A stretch of DNA of 61,553 bases, counting the filler, from Nitrospirae bacterium CG2_30_53_67 (lineage in GTDB: Bacteria; CG2-30-53-67): the NCBI GenBank assembly GCA_001873285.1. It is 6 parts of 6 records of this genome, joined end to end, with 100 filler letters (N's around TTAATTAATTAA, not from the genome) between each part and the next. Parts side by side here need not be neighbours in the genome. Positions count along the whole stretch, not along the records: positions 23,722 to 35,659 come from MNYV01000068.1; positions 35,760 to 44,289 come from MNYV01000085.1; 4 more parts are not named here. One strand, 5' to 3'. The notes under the pieces are model-generated. The model saw only the letters and a list, made by a program, of their open reading frames with translations, searched no databases and was not told the origin of the DNA. The number at the start of each line of letters is the position of its first letter. Position 1 is the stretch's first letter. Positions 27,926 to 38,934 of the stretch are shown here, in pieces. A program made the translations under genes and the position numbers.

Positions 27926-30010
27926 ATGACCAGTACGGATTCAAAGAAACTTCGAAACATCGGTATCAGCGCCCACATAGACTCGGGTAAGACAACCCTG
28001 ACCGAGAGGATTTTATATTATACAAACCGAATCCATGCGATACACGACGTCAAAGGCAAAGACGGCGTAGGAGCGACCATGGACTTCATGGAATTGGAAA
28101 GGGAGCGCGGCATCACCATCACTTCCGCGGCCACGCACTGCACGTGGAAAGACTCCTTCATCAACATCATTGATACCCCCGGACATGTTGATTTTACGAT
28201 TGAAGTGGAACGCTCCCTCAGGGTGCTGGACGGCGCCATTCTCGTCCTTTGCGCCGTAGGGGGCGTACAATCCCAGACATTGACCGTGGACCGCCAGATG
28301 CGGCGTTATCATATCCCCCGCATCGCCTTCATCAACAAGTGCGACCGGTCCGGCGCCAACCCTGAACGGGTGATCCAGCAGCTTAAAGAGAAATTAAATC
28401 ATACGCCCGTAGCCATTCAGATTCCCATCGGACTTGAAGCCGATCTCAAAGGAGTGGTGGACCTGGTGGCCATGAAGGCCTGCTATTTTGACGGGGCCAA
28501 TGGAGAAAATCTCCGTATTGAAGATATTCCCGAAGAACTCAAGGACAAGGCCGAGGCAGAGCGCGAGAAGATGCTGGATACGGTTTCACTCTTTTCGGAT
28601 GAGCTGACCGAAGCTCTTCTGGAAGGACATGTCACGGAAGAAATCATCCATGATGCCATCAGAAAAGGGACCCTCTCTCTTTCGATGATCCCGGTCTGTG
28701 TGGGTTCCGCGTATAAAAACAAGGGGGTTCAAACCCTGCTCGATGCCGTTACACGCTACCTTCCGAGTCCGGAAGACATGAACTATACGGTTCTGGACCT
28801 GGATCAGGATGAGAAGGAAATCCCGCTGATCCAATCACCGGATGAGGCGGCCGTGGCTCTGGCTTTCAAGATCGAGGACGGCCGGTACGGACAGTTGACC
28901 TACATCCGCCTATACCAGGGCAGGATCGCAAAAGGAGACACCTTATATAACAGCCGCAACGGAAAGAAGTTCAAGGTCGGCCGGTTGATCCGCATGCATG
29001 CGGACAAAATGGAGGATATTGATCTGGCCTCTTGCGGCGAGATTGTCGCCCTGTTCGGAATTGACTGCGCATCCGGCGACACCTTTACCGCAGACGGCAT
29101 GAACTATGCTCTATCTTCCATGCATGTCCCTGATCCCGTGATCAGTCTGATGGTGACTCCTAAGGATAATCAATCACAGGAGAACATGTCCAAGGCCCTG
29201 AACCGTTTCTGCAAAGAGGATCCCACTTTCAGAAGCCGCGTGGACCCCGAAAGCAATGAGACGGTCATCTCCGGGATGGGAGAACTTCACCTCGATGTCT
29301 ACATCGAACGCATGAAGCGTGAATACCATGTGGAGGTGGAAACCGGCATGCCTCAGGTGGCATACAGAGAGACCATCACGTGCAGGGCCGATTTCAATTA
29401 CACGCACAAGAAACAGACAGGCGGCGCCGGGCAGTATGGCCGCGTGGCCGGATACATAGAGCCCTATCCTGACGAAGACTACCATTTCGAGAACCAAATC
29501 ACCGGAGGGGCCATTCCCAAGGAATTCATTCCGTCCTGTGACAAGGGTTTTCAGGCATGCCTGAAACAGGGTAAACTGATCGGTTTTCCGATCACCCGGA
29601 TTCAGGCCGTCATCAATGACGGATCCTCACACGCCGTAGACTCCTCGGACATTGCTTTCCAGCAGGCGGCCATCGGCGCTTTCCGTGAAGCCTATGCCAA
29701 GGCCAAACCGATCATCCTGGAACCGGTCATGAAGGTCGTGGTGGAGGGGCCTTCCGAATTTCAGGGCTCCATTCTGGCGACACTGAACCAGCGCCGAGGC
29801 ATCATCTCCTCAGCCACAGAGAACGGAGTCTTTTCGATCATTGAATCCGAGGTCCCCCTCTCCGAGATGTTCGGTTACTCCACGGTACTCCGGTCCGCCA
29901 CACAAGGGAAGGCCGAATTCACCATGGAGTTCGCCAGATACAAACCCGTTCCCCAGAGCCTTGCCGGGGAACTGATCAAAGAATTTTCATCTCAGAGAAA
30001 AACGGCATAG
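27926..30010 (+). CDS. fusA: Elongation factor G (stand-alone paralog outside the str operon)
   Basis: [36 protein letters not shown]. Confidence 0.96.
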   Translation: MTSTDSKKLRNIGISAHIDSGKTTLTERILYYTNRIHAIHDVKGKDGVGATMDFMELERERGITITSAATHCTWKDSFINIIDTPGHVDFTIEVERSLRVLDGAILVLCAVGGVQSQTLTVDRQMRRYHIPRIAFINKCDRSGANPERVIQQLKEKLNHTPVAIQIPIGLEADLKGVVDLVAMKACYFDGANGENLRIEDIPEELKDKAEAEREKMLDTVSLFSDELTEALLEGHVTEEIIHDAIRKGTLSLSMIPVCVGSAYKNKGVQTLLDAVTRYLPSPEDMNYTVLDLDQDEKEIPLIQSPDEAAVALAFKIEDGRYGQLTYIRLYQGRIAKGDTLYNSRNGKKFKVGRLIRMHADKMEDIDLASCGEIVALFGIDCASGDTFTADGMNYALSSMHVPDPVISLMVTPKDNQSQENMSKALNRFCKEDPTFRSRVDPESNETVISGMGELHLDVYIERMKREYHVEVETGMPQVAYRETITCRADFNYTHKKQTGGAGQYGRVAGYIEPYPDEDYHFENQITGGAIPKEFIPSCDKGFQACLKQGKLIGFPITRIQAVINDGSSHAVDSSDIAFQQAAIGAFREAYAKAKPIILEPVMKVVVEGPSEFQGSILATLNQRRGIISSATENGVFSIIESEVPLSEMFGYSTVLRSATQGKAEFTMEFARYKPVPQSLAGELIKEFSSQRKTA

Positions 30011-30098
30011 ATTCCCCTGTATATTTGTGCTATACTTTCTCACCAGTTTCTTTTTCCTTCCTTCACATGCCGGGAAGGTCCGGAAAGGAACGGGGAAA

Positions 30099-30809
30099 AT
30101 GCTGAAACAGGAGTTTATCTTGAAAAGTCCGATACGAATCCTGCAGAAAGCCACCCAAGGGGGATTGGATAAGGGAAATCTGGGTGTCTTCATGGCCCGG
30201 CCAGGGGTGGGAAAGACCGCCTGCCTGGTTCACGTCGCCCTGGATTGTCTTTTTAAAAAACAGAAGGTGGCCCATATCGGCATTGGAGAGTCCGTAGAGA
30301 AGATCCAGCTCTGGTATTCAGAGATCTTGTCGGATCTCTGCAAAACCTTCGACATGAAGGACCCTAAAAAACTCCATGAGGAAATCGAACAAAACCGGTT
30401 GATTCTTTCCTATGCGCCGGCGGCTTTCACGGTGAAAAAACTTGCGCAGGATCTGAAAGAGCTCGCGGAACAGGGCGGCGTGGCGCCGGAGGTCCTTTTA
30501 ATAGACGGTTTTGATTTTCGAAACCTTGATTCCGGATGGGACACCCTTGCCGCATTTAAATACCTGGCTGCGGAACGGCGCATGGAAATCTGGTTCTCTG
30601 CTCAAACTGAACGTGATGCAAACATGGACGGCCATGGAGCCATCCCTGCTCCGTGCCGTGACGTGGAAAACTTTTTTTCAGTCATTCTTTTTCTGGAGCC
30701 GACCGGCGACACCATCCACCTGAAACTCCTAAAGGACCATGATCACCCGATCAATCTGAAACTCCCTCTCAAACTCAACCCCAACACGCTTCTGCTGCTG
30801 GACGAATAA
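30099..30809 (+). CDS. RecA/KaiC-fold P-loop protein
   Basis: Walker A ARPGVGKT, Walker B VLLIDG. Confidence 0.72.
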   Translation: MLKQEFILKSPIRILQKATQGGLDKGNLGVFMARPGVGKTACLVHVALDCLFKKQKVAHIGIGESVEKIQLWYSEILSDLCKTFDMKDPKKLHEEIEQNRLILSYAPAAFTVKKLAQDLKELAEQGGVAPEVLLIDGFDFRNLDSGWDTLAAFKYLAAERRMEIWFSAQTERDANMDGHGAIPAPCRDVENFFSVILFLEPTGDTIHLKLLKDHDHPINLKLPLKLNPNTLLLLDE

Positions 30810-30867
30810 AAAAAGCCCGGAACCGGGCCGTTTGCCCCCGGTACAGGCCTCCTTCTCGCCCTGCTAA

Positions 30868-31143
30868 GTGGTCCTGTTCGTAAATAGGGTGACGTACCGA
30901 CTTGTACTCGGTTTATCGGTAGAGGGTCGTAGGGCGGTCTCATCAAGACGAGCGACCGTATTTACGAATAAGGCCACTAAGTGGTCCTGTTCGTAAATAT
31001 GGTAACGTACCGAGAGTGCCGTAGGGCGGCCTCATCAAGGCGCGCGACTGAGACGTACCCCCTGCGGTACGTCGCAAGGAGCGGAACGCAGAGGAGGCCG
31101 CCCTACGGCACTCGAATGCGGCCGTATTTACGAATAGGACCAC
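30868..31143. mobile_element. Tandem pair of MITE family A (30868-30977 internally deleted; 30981-31143 full)
   Basis: TAA-[element]-TAA-[element]-TAA. Confidence 0.9.
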
Positions 31144-31156
31144 TAAGCCTCTGAAT

Positions 31157-31612
31157 CTAATCCTGTGCCATTCTTTCGATGATATCCGTCAGCGTCACAT
31201 GAATGTCATCACTTGGTATGATCTCTTTTTCATGGAAACTGAAATAGACGTTTCTCCATGTGCTGAAATCCTGAATCGCCGCAAAAATTTGTTCCCTCAC
31301 CATACTTTGAATACAGTCCGGCTCCACCCTTCCCGTTTCGACAAAGATCTTCCCCAATCTTCTGTTTATGGATTCATTCTTTTGTTTTGCAAGAGAAGCG
31401 GCCACATCTTCCCGGGTCAGGAATCCTTTCTGGATCAGCAGGTCTCCCAAAGGGGTGGACGACGGCGCATCCGAATCAACGATGTTGCCATTCAGAAACC
31501 GCAGGGTCCCCCTCCCCTTTTCCGCCTCCAACGTCAATTCACCGGTTTTCTTCTGCAAGGAGGTAATCAAGAGAATGTCTTCCAGCGTATACCCATCTGC
31601 AAAATGAGCCAT
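31157..31612 (-). CDS. DUF4388/PatA-N-like protein
   Basis: LEDILLITSLQKKTGEL, GTLRFLNGNIV, LGDLLIQKG, RLGKIFVETG. Confidence 0.75.
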   Translation of the reverse strand: MAHFADGYTLEDILLITSLQKKTGELTLEAEKGRGTLRFLNGNIVDSDAPSSTPLGDLLIQKGFLTREDVAASLAKQKNESINRRLGKIFVETGRVEPDCIQSMVREQIFAAIQDFSTWRNVYFSFHEKEIIPSDDIHVTLTDIIERMAQD

Positions 31613-31852
31613 GTGACCCTCCCATGCTGTTTTTCAATCTTTTATGTTTTTATTATTTCATTGTTCCCATTGGATGTCAATTTTTTCTTTCAAAACAATG
31701 ACAATATTACACTTTAATAAAATGATCCGCATCAGGTCTATATCTTGTGGTCAATAATCAATGGCTTCATTTTATTGTATTTTTTTTATTTTTTTTCTTT
31801 ACACCAAGGGCCTTTTATGATAAATATTCTGAAACATTTCAGGAGAAGGCCC

Positions 31853-34800
31853 ATGCGATTCAAAACTATCGAAATGATTGGATTTAAATCTTTCCCCGAC
31901 CGGACCAAAGTCGTATTCCAGCCCGGAATCACCTCAATTGTCGGGCCTAACGGATGCGGGAAGAGCAATATTTCCGATGCCATCCGGTGGGTCTTGGGCG
32001 AACAAAGCGCCAAACAGATCCGAGGCGAACGCATGGAAGACGTGATTTTCAACGGGACCCGATCCCGCGCCCCCATGGGCATGGCGGAGGTCACGCTGGT
32101 CGTCACCGATCTGGGCGCCGGCATCTCCTCGGATTTTGCCGCCTTTGATGAGATCCAGATCACCCGCCGGTACTACCGTTCGGGTGAAAGCGAATACCTG
32201 ATCAACAGGATTCCGTGCAGACTGGCCGATATTCGTGAACTCTTTATGGATACCGGCATGGGCGCCAAGGCCTATACCATTATCGGTCAGGGGAACATTT
32301 CCGCAGTTTTGAACGCAAAACCCAAGGACAGGCGGTTCCTCTTTGAAGAGGCCGCCGGAATTTCCAAATACAAGGCCCGCAAGGATGAAGCCCTGCGCAA
32401 GCTCGATCGCACACGGGAAAACCTCTCCCGTGTAAGGGATATCATCGCGGAAGTCAACCAACAGAGAAACTCCCTGAACCGTCAGGCCAAAAAGGCGGAA
32501 CGATACAAGACGTACAAAGACGAGATCAAGGAGATCGACCTCCATCTCTCTTCCCTCGAGTATGCCGCGATGTCCGGGGAATGGAAGGAATTGGAAGAGA
32601 CCTATCAGAACCATAAAAAAAGAGAAACGGAACTCCTTGCCGGATCTTCCTCTAAAGAGACGCACATTGAAGAGCTCGAACTCGAGGTCCTGGACAGGGA
32701 AAAACGCATCACCGAACTGCAGGACGAGAACCGCCTTATCGAATCCGATATTTCCAGATGTGAAAACCGCATCGAGGTCCTCTCGGCAGAGACGTCGCAC
32801 CTGAGCAGTCTTGCAGAGGGATCCAACCGTGAGATCCTGCGTCTGCAGGAAGAGATCGCCAAAAATCAGTCGGCCACAGCCATGCTCGATGAAGAATACG
32901 CCTCCATCTCCGGAGAAACCGAGGAAAAGAAACATCGGCTTGCGGAACAGGAAACGGAGTTAAGCGGTCTGACCTCAGATCAACAGCAGGAAGAGTCGGA
33001 GCTGGAAACGGGAAAAGGGAGACGTTCGGATCTGATGCAGCAGATCGGGATCCAGAAGAGCCGGATCGAAAACCTGGTCCAGCAGAAGGAATCCATCCTA
33101 AAAGTCGCCGGCGGCTATGATACAAACCGTATGGAGCTCACGGCCCGTCTTTCAGAGACCCGGAAACTTCTGTCGGAGAAGATGCAGCAGCTCTCTGATC
33201 TCCGAAAAACCATGGATGAGATTCGTACCGAGCATGATTCCATCCATACGGTTCTCGATCAAAAACAAGAGGCATTGACAGCCGTCCAGGAACGGTTTTC
33301 TCTCCTCCGGGAACAGATCGGGCAGGAAAGTTCCCGCTTCGGCGCCCTGGTTGAACTCCAGGAAAACCTGGAAGGATATGACGATGGAATCCGATCCTTG
33401 CTGCACCGGAAGACGGACGGCGATGAATCGGGATCCCTCCCTGAAATTCATATTCTGGTCTCTGAAATCTTTGAGACCGATCCCATGTACGAGACGGCCA
33501 TAGAATCGGCGATCAACAACCGTTACCAAAGCCTCGTCATCAACAGCCCTGAAGATTCCATCAAGGCCGTGGAATATCTGAAGAAGAATGACATCGGCAG
33601 GGGATCCTTTATTCCTCTTCACCCAAAGAATCGGAAGATGGATCCTTTTATCATGAGAGACGGAACCGGCGTGGTCGGCGAGGCCCTGAACCTGGTACAG
33701 TACAATCCCCAATATGCCGGTGTCGCAGAATACCTCCTGGGGGATGTCGTGGTCGTGGAATCCTTGGAGCAGGCCATGGCGCTCTACCGCTCAAACGGTT
33801 TTCATCGCACGCTGGTGACTTTGAACGGCGACGTGCTGGATCCGTCCGGCATGGTGGAAGGGGGGTCGAGGAAAAAGAATACCAGCGGTTTCATCCGAAG
33901 AAAAAGGGAGATACGTGAACTCTCCATATCCATGGATGCCCTGAGGGATCAGCTTGCCCAGGCAGAGGAGCAGAGGGAATCTCTCTCCCGTGAGATCGGG
34001 AAGACCAAACAGGAGCTCGGCGGCATAGATGCCAGACTCTCGACCATCGAGGCGGAGAGAGTTGTTCTGGAAAAACAGGCCTCGACCCTGGAAGGGAATG
34101 CCGCCCATCTCTCCCAACAGATCGAGGGCCTCTCACACGAAAACCAAAACCGTTCATCGGATCTTCTCATGCTGGAAGAAAGTATGGCTTCAAGCCTTCA
34201 TGAACTCCGCGGGATGGAAACGGATCTCGAAGAGAAGAACGCATGGATCGCCGCCTGCGCCGAGAGGGTCCAAACCCTGCGGGAACGGGTTGACCAGGGA
34301 AGAAGGACCATCACTGAAGGACGTATCCACCTGGCGTCTCTCATGGAGAGACATGCCTCTCTTCTCTCACATATCGAAAAAAATCACGACAACCTGAGCA
34401 ATCTGAACGCCCTGATTGACGCCCGGCTGCATGAGATTGAAGAGTCCAAGGGGAGGATCCTTCAGGCTGAAGAAGAAAAGACACGGACAGAGACCACGAT
34501 CCATTCCCTGATCGAACGAAAGGAAGCGCTGCACAGCAGAGTCACCCAGGAGCAGGAGGCCTTCGAATCCAAGCGGGGAAACCTTCAGGAAGAACAAAAG
34601 GAATTAAAGGAACTCCGCCGGAATATGGAAAACCTCAACCGCCTTATCAATGACCTGGAAGTCAGGCGTACGGAACTATCCATCAGGATGGAGCACCTCC
34701 AGTCGATGATCAAGGAAAGATACCAGGTTTCAATCCAGGAGGTCTTGCCGAGGTTTCAGGATCGTGAGATCGACAAACAGACTTCTGAGGAACACCTCGC

Positions 34801-35446
34801 TGAATTGAATCGTAAGATCGAACAGATGGGCCCCGTAAACATTTTGGCCATCGAGGAATACCATGCCCTTCAGAAGCGGTTTGACTTTCTCACGGCTCAA
34901 GAGGCGGATCTCCAGGAATCCGTGGAGAGCCTCATGACCGCCATCCGCAAGATCAATCATACATCCAGGGAGCGTTTTGAGGAAGCCTTTGACGCCATCA
35001 ATGAGAAATTCAAGACCGCCTTCACGGAACTTTTCAACGGGGGTTATGCAGAGCTGAAACTCGAGGAAGGTGAAGACACCCTTGAAGCCGGTGTGGAAAT
35101 CATTGTTCAGCCTCCCGGGAAAAAACTCCAACACCTCTCCCTCCTTTCCGGAGGCGAGAAGGCCCTCACGGTCGTGGCCCTGATCTTTGCCGGTTTTCTG
35201 GTCAAACCGAGTCCCTTCTGTCTCCTCGACGAGGTGGATGCCCCTCTTGATGATGCCAATGTCCTGCGCTACAATCAGATGCTGAGCAAAATGTCCATGA
35301 ACACCCAGTTTATCGCCATCACCCACAACAAGAACTCCATGGAGTTTGCAAGCTCCTTGTACGGCATCACCATGCAGGAACCCGGTGTTTCCAAGATGGT
35401 CTCTGTCCGCTTCAACGATAACCATGAGGCCAGGATGAGCGCATAG
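31853..35446 (+). CDS. smc: Chromosome segregation protein SMC
   Basis: GFKSF, GPNGCGKSN, coiled coils with hinge, LSGGEK, LDEVDAPLD. Confidence 0.97.
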   Translation: MRFKTIEMIGFKSFPDRTKVVFQPGITSIVGPNGCGKSNISDAIRWVLGEQSAKQIRGERMEDVIFNGTRSRAPMGMAEVTLVVTDLGAGISSDFAAFDEIQITRRYYRSGESEYLINRIPCRLADIRELFMDTGMGAKAYTIIGQGNISAVLNAKPKDRRFLFEEAAGISKYKARKDEALRKLDRTRENLSRVRDIIAEVNQQRNSLNRQAKKAERYKTYKDEIKEIDLHLSSLEYAAMSGEWKELEETYQNHKKRETELLAGSSSKETHIEELELEVLDREKRITELQDENRLIESDISRCENRIEVLSAETSHLSSLAEGSNREILRLQEEIAKNQSATAMLDEEYASISGETEEKKHRLAEQETELSGLTSDQQQEESELETGKGRRSDLMQQIGIQKSRIENLVQQKESILKVAGGYDTNRMELTARLSETRKLLSEKMQQLSDLRKTMDEIRTEHDSIHTVLDQKQEALTAVQERFSLLREQIGQESSRFGALVELQENLEGYDDGIRSLLHRKTDGDESGSLPEIHILVSEIFETDPMYETAIESAINNRYQSLVINSPEDSIKAVEYLKKNDIGRGSFIPLHPKNRKMDPFIMRDGTGVVGEALNLVQYNPQYAGVAEYLLGDVVVVESLEQAMALYRSNGFHRTLVTLNGDVLDPSGMVEGGSRKKNTSGFIRRKREIRELSISMDALRDQLAQAEEQRESLSREIGKTKQELGGIDARLSTIEAERVVLEKQASTLEGNAAHLSQQIEGLSHENQNRSSDLLMLEESMASSLHELRGMETDLEEKNAWIAACAERVQTLRERVDQGRRTITEGRIHLASLMERHASLLSHIEKNHDNLSNLNALIDARLHEIEESKGRILQAEEEKTRTETTIHSLIERKEALHSRVTQEQEAFESKRGNLQEEQKELKELRRNMENLNRLINDLEVRRTELSIRMEHLQSMIKERYQVSIQEVLPRFQDREIDKQTSEEHLAELNRKIEQMGPVNILAIEEYHALQKRFDFLTAQEADLQESVESLMTAIRKINHTSRERFEEAFDAINEKFKTAFTELFNGGYAELKLEEGEDTLEAGVEIIVQPPGKKLQHLSLLSGGEKALTVVALIFAGFLVKPSPFCLLDEVDAPLDDANVLRYNQMLSKMSMNTQFIAITHNKNSMEFASSLYGITMQEPGVSKMVSVRFNDNHEARMSA

Positions 35447-35478
35447 TCCATTCCTGATCATCACTTTTTAAGAATAAT

Positions 35479-35659
35479 AGATCATCTCCAAAAGAGTGGG
35501 TGAAAACATCAGGGTTCAAGGGGTCAAGGATTCCAGGGTTCAAGTGGAGTGCTGAAAAGATCAGGGGTCAAGGAGTCAAGGGTCCCAGGGGTCAAGTGGA
35601 GTGCAAAAAAACATCAGAGGTCAAGGGCTCCAGTGTTTTTCTCTGGATATTTTGCTTAT
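35479..35659. mobile_element. MITE family B, left part (contig breaks inside it)
   Basis: gatcatctccaaaagagtgggtgaaaac plus ggggtcaa octamers, as at 48574 and 53060. Confidence 0.8.
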
Positions 35660-35759
35660 NNNNNNNNNNNNNNNNNNNNNNNNNNNNNNNNNNNNNNNNN
35701 NNNTTAATTAATTAANNNNNNNNNNNNNNNNNNNNNNNNNNNNNNNNNNNNNNNNNNNN
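35660..35759. other. Artificial contig spacer
   Basis: N-run + TTAATTAATTAA + N-run. Confidence 0.99.
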
Positions 35760-35881
35760 TCTTCTTCTATGGCCTCAAGGTAGCGGTAGCTGACCTTGGT
35801 TTCATCAGAGATCTCTCTTAACGAGATCTCTCTCAGTTCCCGCTCTCTTTTCAGGTACTCGCCGAAAGAAGTCATTTCCAT
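35760..35881 (-). CDS. RodZ-like HTH protein N-terminus (truncated; not in ORF track)
   Basis: MEMTSFGEYLKRERELREISLREISDETKVSYRYLEAIEE; downstream of the pilF-like gene. Confidence 0.75.
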
Positions 35882-35920
35882 GCTTTGTATTCCTTGATAC
35901 CGGATCTGTGATTGATATTC

Positions 35921-36135
35921 GGTTCTTCTCCTCTACGAGCCATCGGCCATTTAGTGGGTAAAAAGGGGCCGAGGATTCCAGGGGTCAAGGATTCAAGTGA
36001 ACCCCGTTAGAGAGACGAACTCTCTAAGGGGGTGAAATACTGGCCCCTTGACCCCTTGACCCCTTGACCCCTTGACCCCTTGACCCCTTGGCCCCTTGAC
36101 CCCTTGGCCCCTTGAATCCTTGACCCCTTGAACCC
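35921..36135. mobile_element. MITE family B partial copy (reverse) with an expanded CCCCTTGA octamer array
   Basis: ggttcttctc...tagtgggtaaaa end; about 11 octamer units at 36044-36135. Confidence 0.78.
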
Positions 36136-36164
36136 GTCTGTTTTCACGTACTCTTCACCGGGAC

Positions 36165-36962
36165 TTATTGCAAGAGATCCAGATAGGTTGAAGCGTCCTC
36201 CGTCAACTTACTGTTGGGAGCAAGCTGTGTGACTGCTTGAAAATGAATCGATGCTTCATTCGCGTCTCCATTCTTGAAATAGGAAAGGGCCAGCCAATAG
36301 TGAAAATAGGCCAGGCTCAGGTCATTGACCGGGTCATTTTCCACCTTGGGATGCTTCTGAATCGCATTGCTTAAAATCTGAACCGCTTTTTCAATCTGGT
36401 TGTTCTGATAGTAGAGCCTCCCAAGGTCAAGGTAGGCTCGCATCAGGTTAGGGTCCTGATGCACGGCTTCCAGGAGAGACGACTCGGCCTCCTTGATATT
36501 CCCGGTCTTTTCGTAACACAACCCGATGTTATGGAGGGCCTTGGCCGGTGTTTCATAAAAAGGATTCTCCAGGGCCTTTCGGTATTGTTCAATCGCCTCA
36601 GCATACTTTTCCTGACGGGCATAGAGGCTGCCGAGATTGACATAGGATTTGGAGTAATCCTTTTGCAGGGAGATGGCCTTCTTGTATTCCTTTTCGGCCT
36701 CATCGAATCGTTCCATATAATAAAAGACGATTCCCTTGGCATCGTGTATCCTCGGATCATCAGCCTGTAAAGATTCGGCCTTGCGGAACTCAATCAGGGC
36801 ATTCTGGTAGTCCCCTTCATCCAAGTGCTGTACACCGAGCTGATAATAGGCATTCGCCGATTTCTTCTGCGACTCTTTCTTCTGGTTGAGCCCGGCACAG
36901 GACGGCATGAGCATAAGGACTGAAAAGAGCAGGATCCTAAAAAGCGTTTTCTTCCTATCCAT
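36165..36962 (-). CDS. TPR lipoprotein, PilF/PilW-like
   Basis: Lipobox-like LMPSC, tandem TPRs, ALENPFYETP. Confidence 0.75.
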   Translation of the reverse strand: MDRKKTLFRILLFSVLMLMPSCAGLNQKKESQKKSANAYYQLGVQHLDEGDYQNALIEFRKAESLQADDPRIHDAKGIVFYYMERFDEAEKEYKKAISLQKDYSKSYVNLGSLYARQEKYAEAIEQYRKALENPFYETPAKALHNIGLCYEKTGNIKEAESSLLEAVHQDPNLMRAYLDLGRLYYQNNQIEKAVQILSNAIQKHPKVENDPVNDLSLAYFHYWLALSYFKNGDANEASIHFQAVTQLAPNSKLTEDASTYLDLLQ

Positions 36963-37871
36963 TCAGATATCCTCAAAATGGGTCAGATCCTTGAACATCC
37001 TGAAACGCCGCTCGATCTCTTTATACTTCAGACTCCGCAGCCGGTTGATACTGAAATCCTCCACATTAAATGAAGCCATGACGCTGCCGAATATCATGGC
37101 CCGGCGGAGCGTCTCTTCATTGACGTTCTGTACATTGGACAGATACCCCATGAACCCTCCGGCAAAAGAGTCTCCTGCGCCGGTCGGATCGAAGACCGTC
37201 TCCAACGGATAGGCCGGCGCCGAAAAGATGCTTGCGCCGTTGAACATCAGGGCGCCGTATTCCCCCCGCTTGATGATGAGTATCTTAGGCCCATATGAGA
37301 GAATTTTTCGGGCGGCTTTGACCAGATTGGCCTCTTCAGTCAACTGCCTGGCTTCTCCGTCGTTGATGGTCAGGATGTTCACTTTTTTCAGGACTTCCAT
37401 CAGGGCTTCCCGTTTGCGTCCTATCCAGAAGTTCATGGTGTCCATACCCACAAAGTCCGGACTCTTCACCTGTTGCAGCACGGACCATTGAAGTTCGGGA
37501 TCGATATTGGCCAGAAACACGTATTCGGCATCCCGGTATGAATCCGGGATCTCAGGGGTGAAGTTTTCAAAGACATTGAGGTGGGTCTCCAGGGTATGGG
37601 CCTCGTTGAGTTCAAAGGAATACTCCCCCTTCCATCGAAAGGTTTTCCCATCAACCCTTTGCAGACCCTGCGTATCCACATTTCTGGTGTTGAGGAATGC
37701 GATCTCGTGTTCGGGAAAATCCTTTCCGACCACGGCCACCAGATTGATGTCATTGAAGAAACCCGCGGACAAAGAAAAATAGACGGCCGATCCGCCTATC
37801 GCCTCTTCCACTTTCCCGAACGGGGTTTTGACCGAATCAAAGGCAATGGATCCTACGACAAGAAGACTCAT
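36963..37871 (-). CDS. PfkB-family carbohydrate kinase
   Basis: VGSIAFD, GGSAVY, DPTGAGDSFAGG. Confidence 0.92.
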   Translation of the reverse strand: MSLLVVGSIAFDSVKTPFGKVEEAIGGSAVYFSLSAGFFNDINLVAVVGKDFPEHEIAFLNTRNVDTQGLQRVDGKTFRWKGEYSFELNEAHTLETHLNVFENFTPEIPDSYRDAEYVFLANIDPELQWSVLQQVKSPDFVGMDTMNFWIGRKREALMEVLKKVNILTINDGEARQLTEEANLVKAARKILSYGPKILIIKRGEYGALMFNGASIFSAPAYPLETVFDPTGAGDSFAGGFMGYLSNVQNVNEETLRRAMIFGSVMASFNVEDFSINRLRSLKYKEIERRFRMFKDLTHFEDI

Positions 37872-37883
37872 CCTTTACGCATC

Positions 37884-38735
37884 CTATAAGAGAAACTCAA
37901 GCCGTCTCCGTGTCTCTTCGGGGAAACGGGACGGATCCGTGAGGATGGCCCCCTTCACGGCATCCCTGCACCTGCAACTCGTCTGCAGAATCTCCCCGGA
38001 AAGAGAGAGCCGGATCATCTCCTTGGCCTTGGCCACGTTGTTCCGCAGGATCGAAAGCACGGCATCCGCGCTCACGCCCTCCTCTTCCGTGTGCCAGCAG
38101 TCATAATCCGTTGAAAGGGCCAGGGTCGCATAACAGATCCCAGCCTCCCGGGCGAGCTTGGCCTCGGTCACATTGGTCATTCCGATCACATCCACGCCCC
38201 AGCTCCGGAAAATTTTGGATTCAGCCCGTGTGGAGAACTGAGGGCCTTCAATACAGAGGTAGGTCCCCCCTTCATGGATCTTAGCGCCGGCCCGCTTCCC
38301 CGCCCGAATGAGAATGCCGCAGAGATCCCTGCATACCGGATCGGCCATGGCCACGTGCCCCGCAATCCCATCGCCGAAGAACGTGCTGACGCGCTTCTTT
38401 GTATGATCGAAGAACTGGTCCGGGATCACGATGTCACCCGGTGCGATCTCTTCCTTCATGCTCCCCACCGCGCTCACTGAGATGATCCTCCGGACCCCGA
38501 GTTTTTTCATGGCATAGATATTGGCCCTAAAATTGATGTCGGAGGGGAGGATGCGATGCCCCCTGCCATGCCGCGGCAGGAATGCGACCCCGATGCCGTT
38601 CAGTTTTCCCACGTGGAACAGATCCGATGGATCCCCGAAGGGAGTGCTGACGGCAGCCTCCCGGAGCCCTTCGATCCCCTGGATTTCGTAAAGCCCGCTC
38701 CCGCCGATCACGCCGATCTCAATGGCTTCCGGCAT
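37884..38735 (-). CDS. mtnP: S-methyl-5'-thioadenosine phosphorylase
   Basis: GVIGGSG, PRHGRGH, EGPQFSTRAES, GMT, TDYDCWH. Confidence 0.93.
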   Translation of the reverse strand: MPEAIEIGVIGGSGLYEIQGIEGLREAAVSTPFGDPSDLFHVGKLNGIGVAFLPRHGRGHRILPSDINFRANIYAMKKLGVRRIISVSAVGSMKEEIAPGDIVIPDQFFDHTKKRVSTFFGDGIAGHVAMADPVCRDLCGILIRAGKRAGAKIHEGGTYLCIEGPQFSTRAESKIFRSWGVDVIGMTNVTEAKLAREAGICYATLALSTDYDCWHTEEEGVSADAVLSILRNNVAKAKEMIRLSLSGEILQTSCRCRDAVKGAILTDPSRFPEETRRRLEFLL

Positions 38736-38934
38736 ATCTCCTCCAAAAAAACGGCGTTATCCTATCATCCGAATCTCGTCCAGTCAAGACATTTAGTCTC
38801 ATGAGATGGTGTTGATTTGTTCATTTTGGCAGATCCCCAGTGAACCAGTTCAGTTACCGTGGTTTCCGGAGGCGCCAGGAAACGGATAGGAGTGCCCCAG
38901 GTGACGGAGCAACTGCTCACATATGACAAACTCG

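Noticed and set aside
17987..31143. Similar small ORFs beginning M(A/V)LFVNT (17987-18235, 30943-31143)
   Set aside because: Translations of MITE family A, not genes.
36044..36135. Octamer array as a CRISPR or contingency locus
   Set aside because: No spacers and no cas genes; it is an expanded arm of MITE family B.
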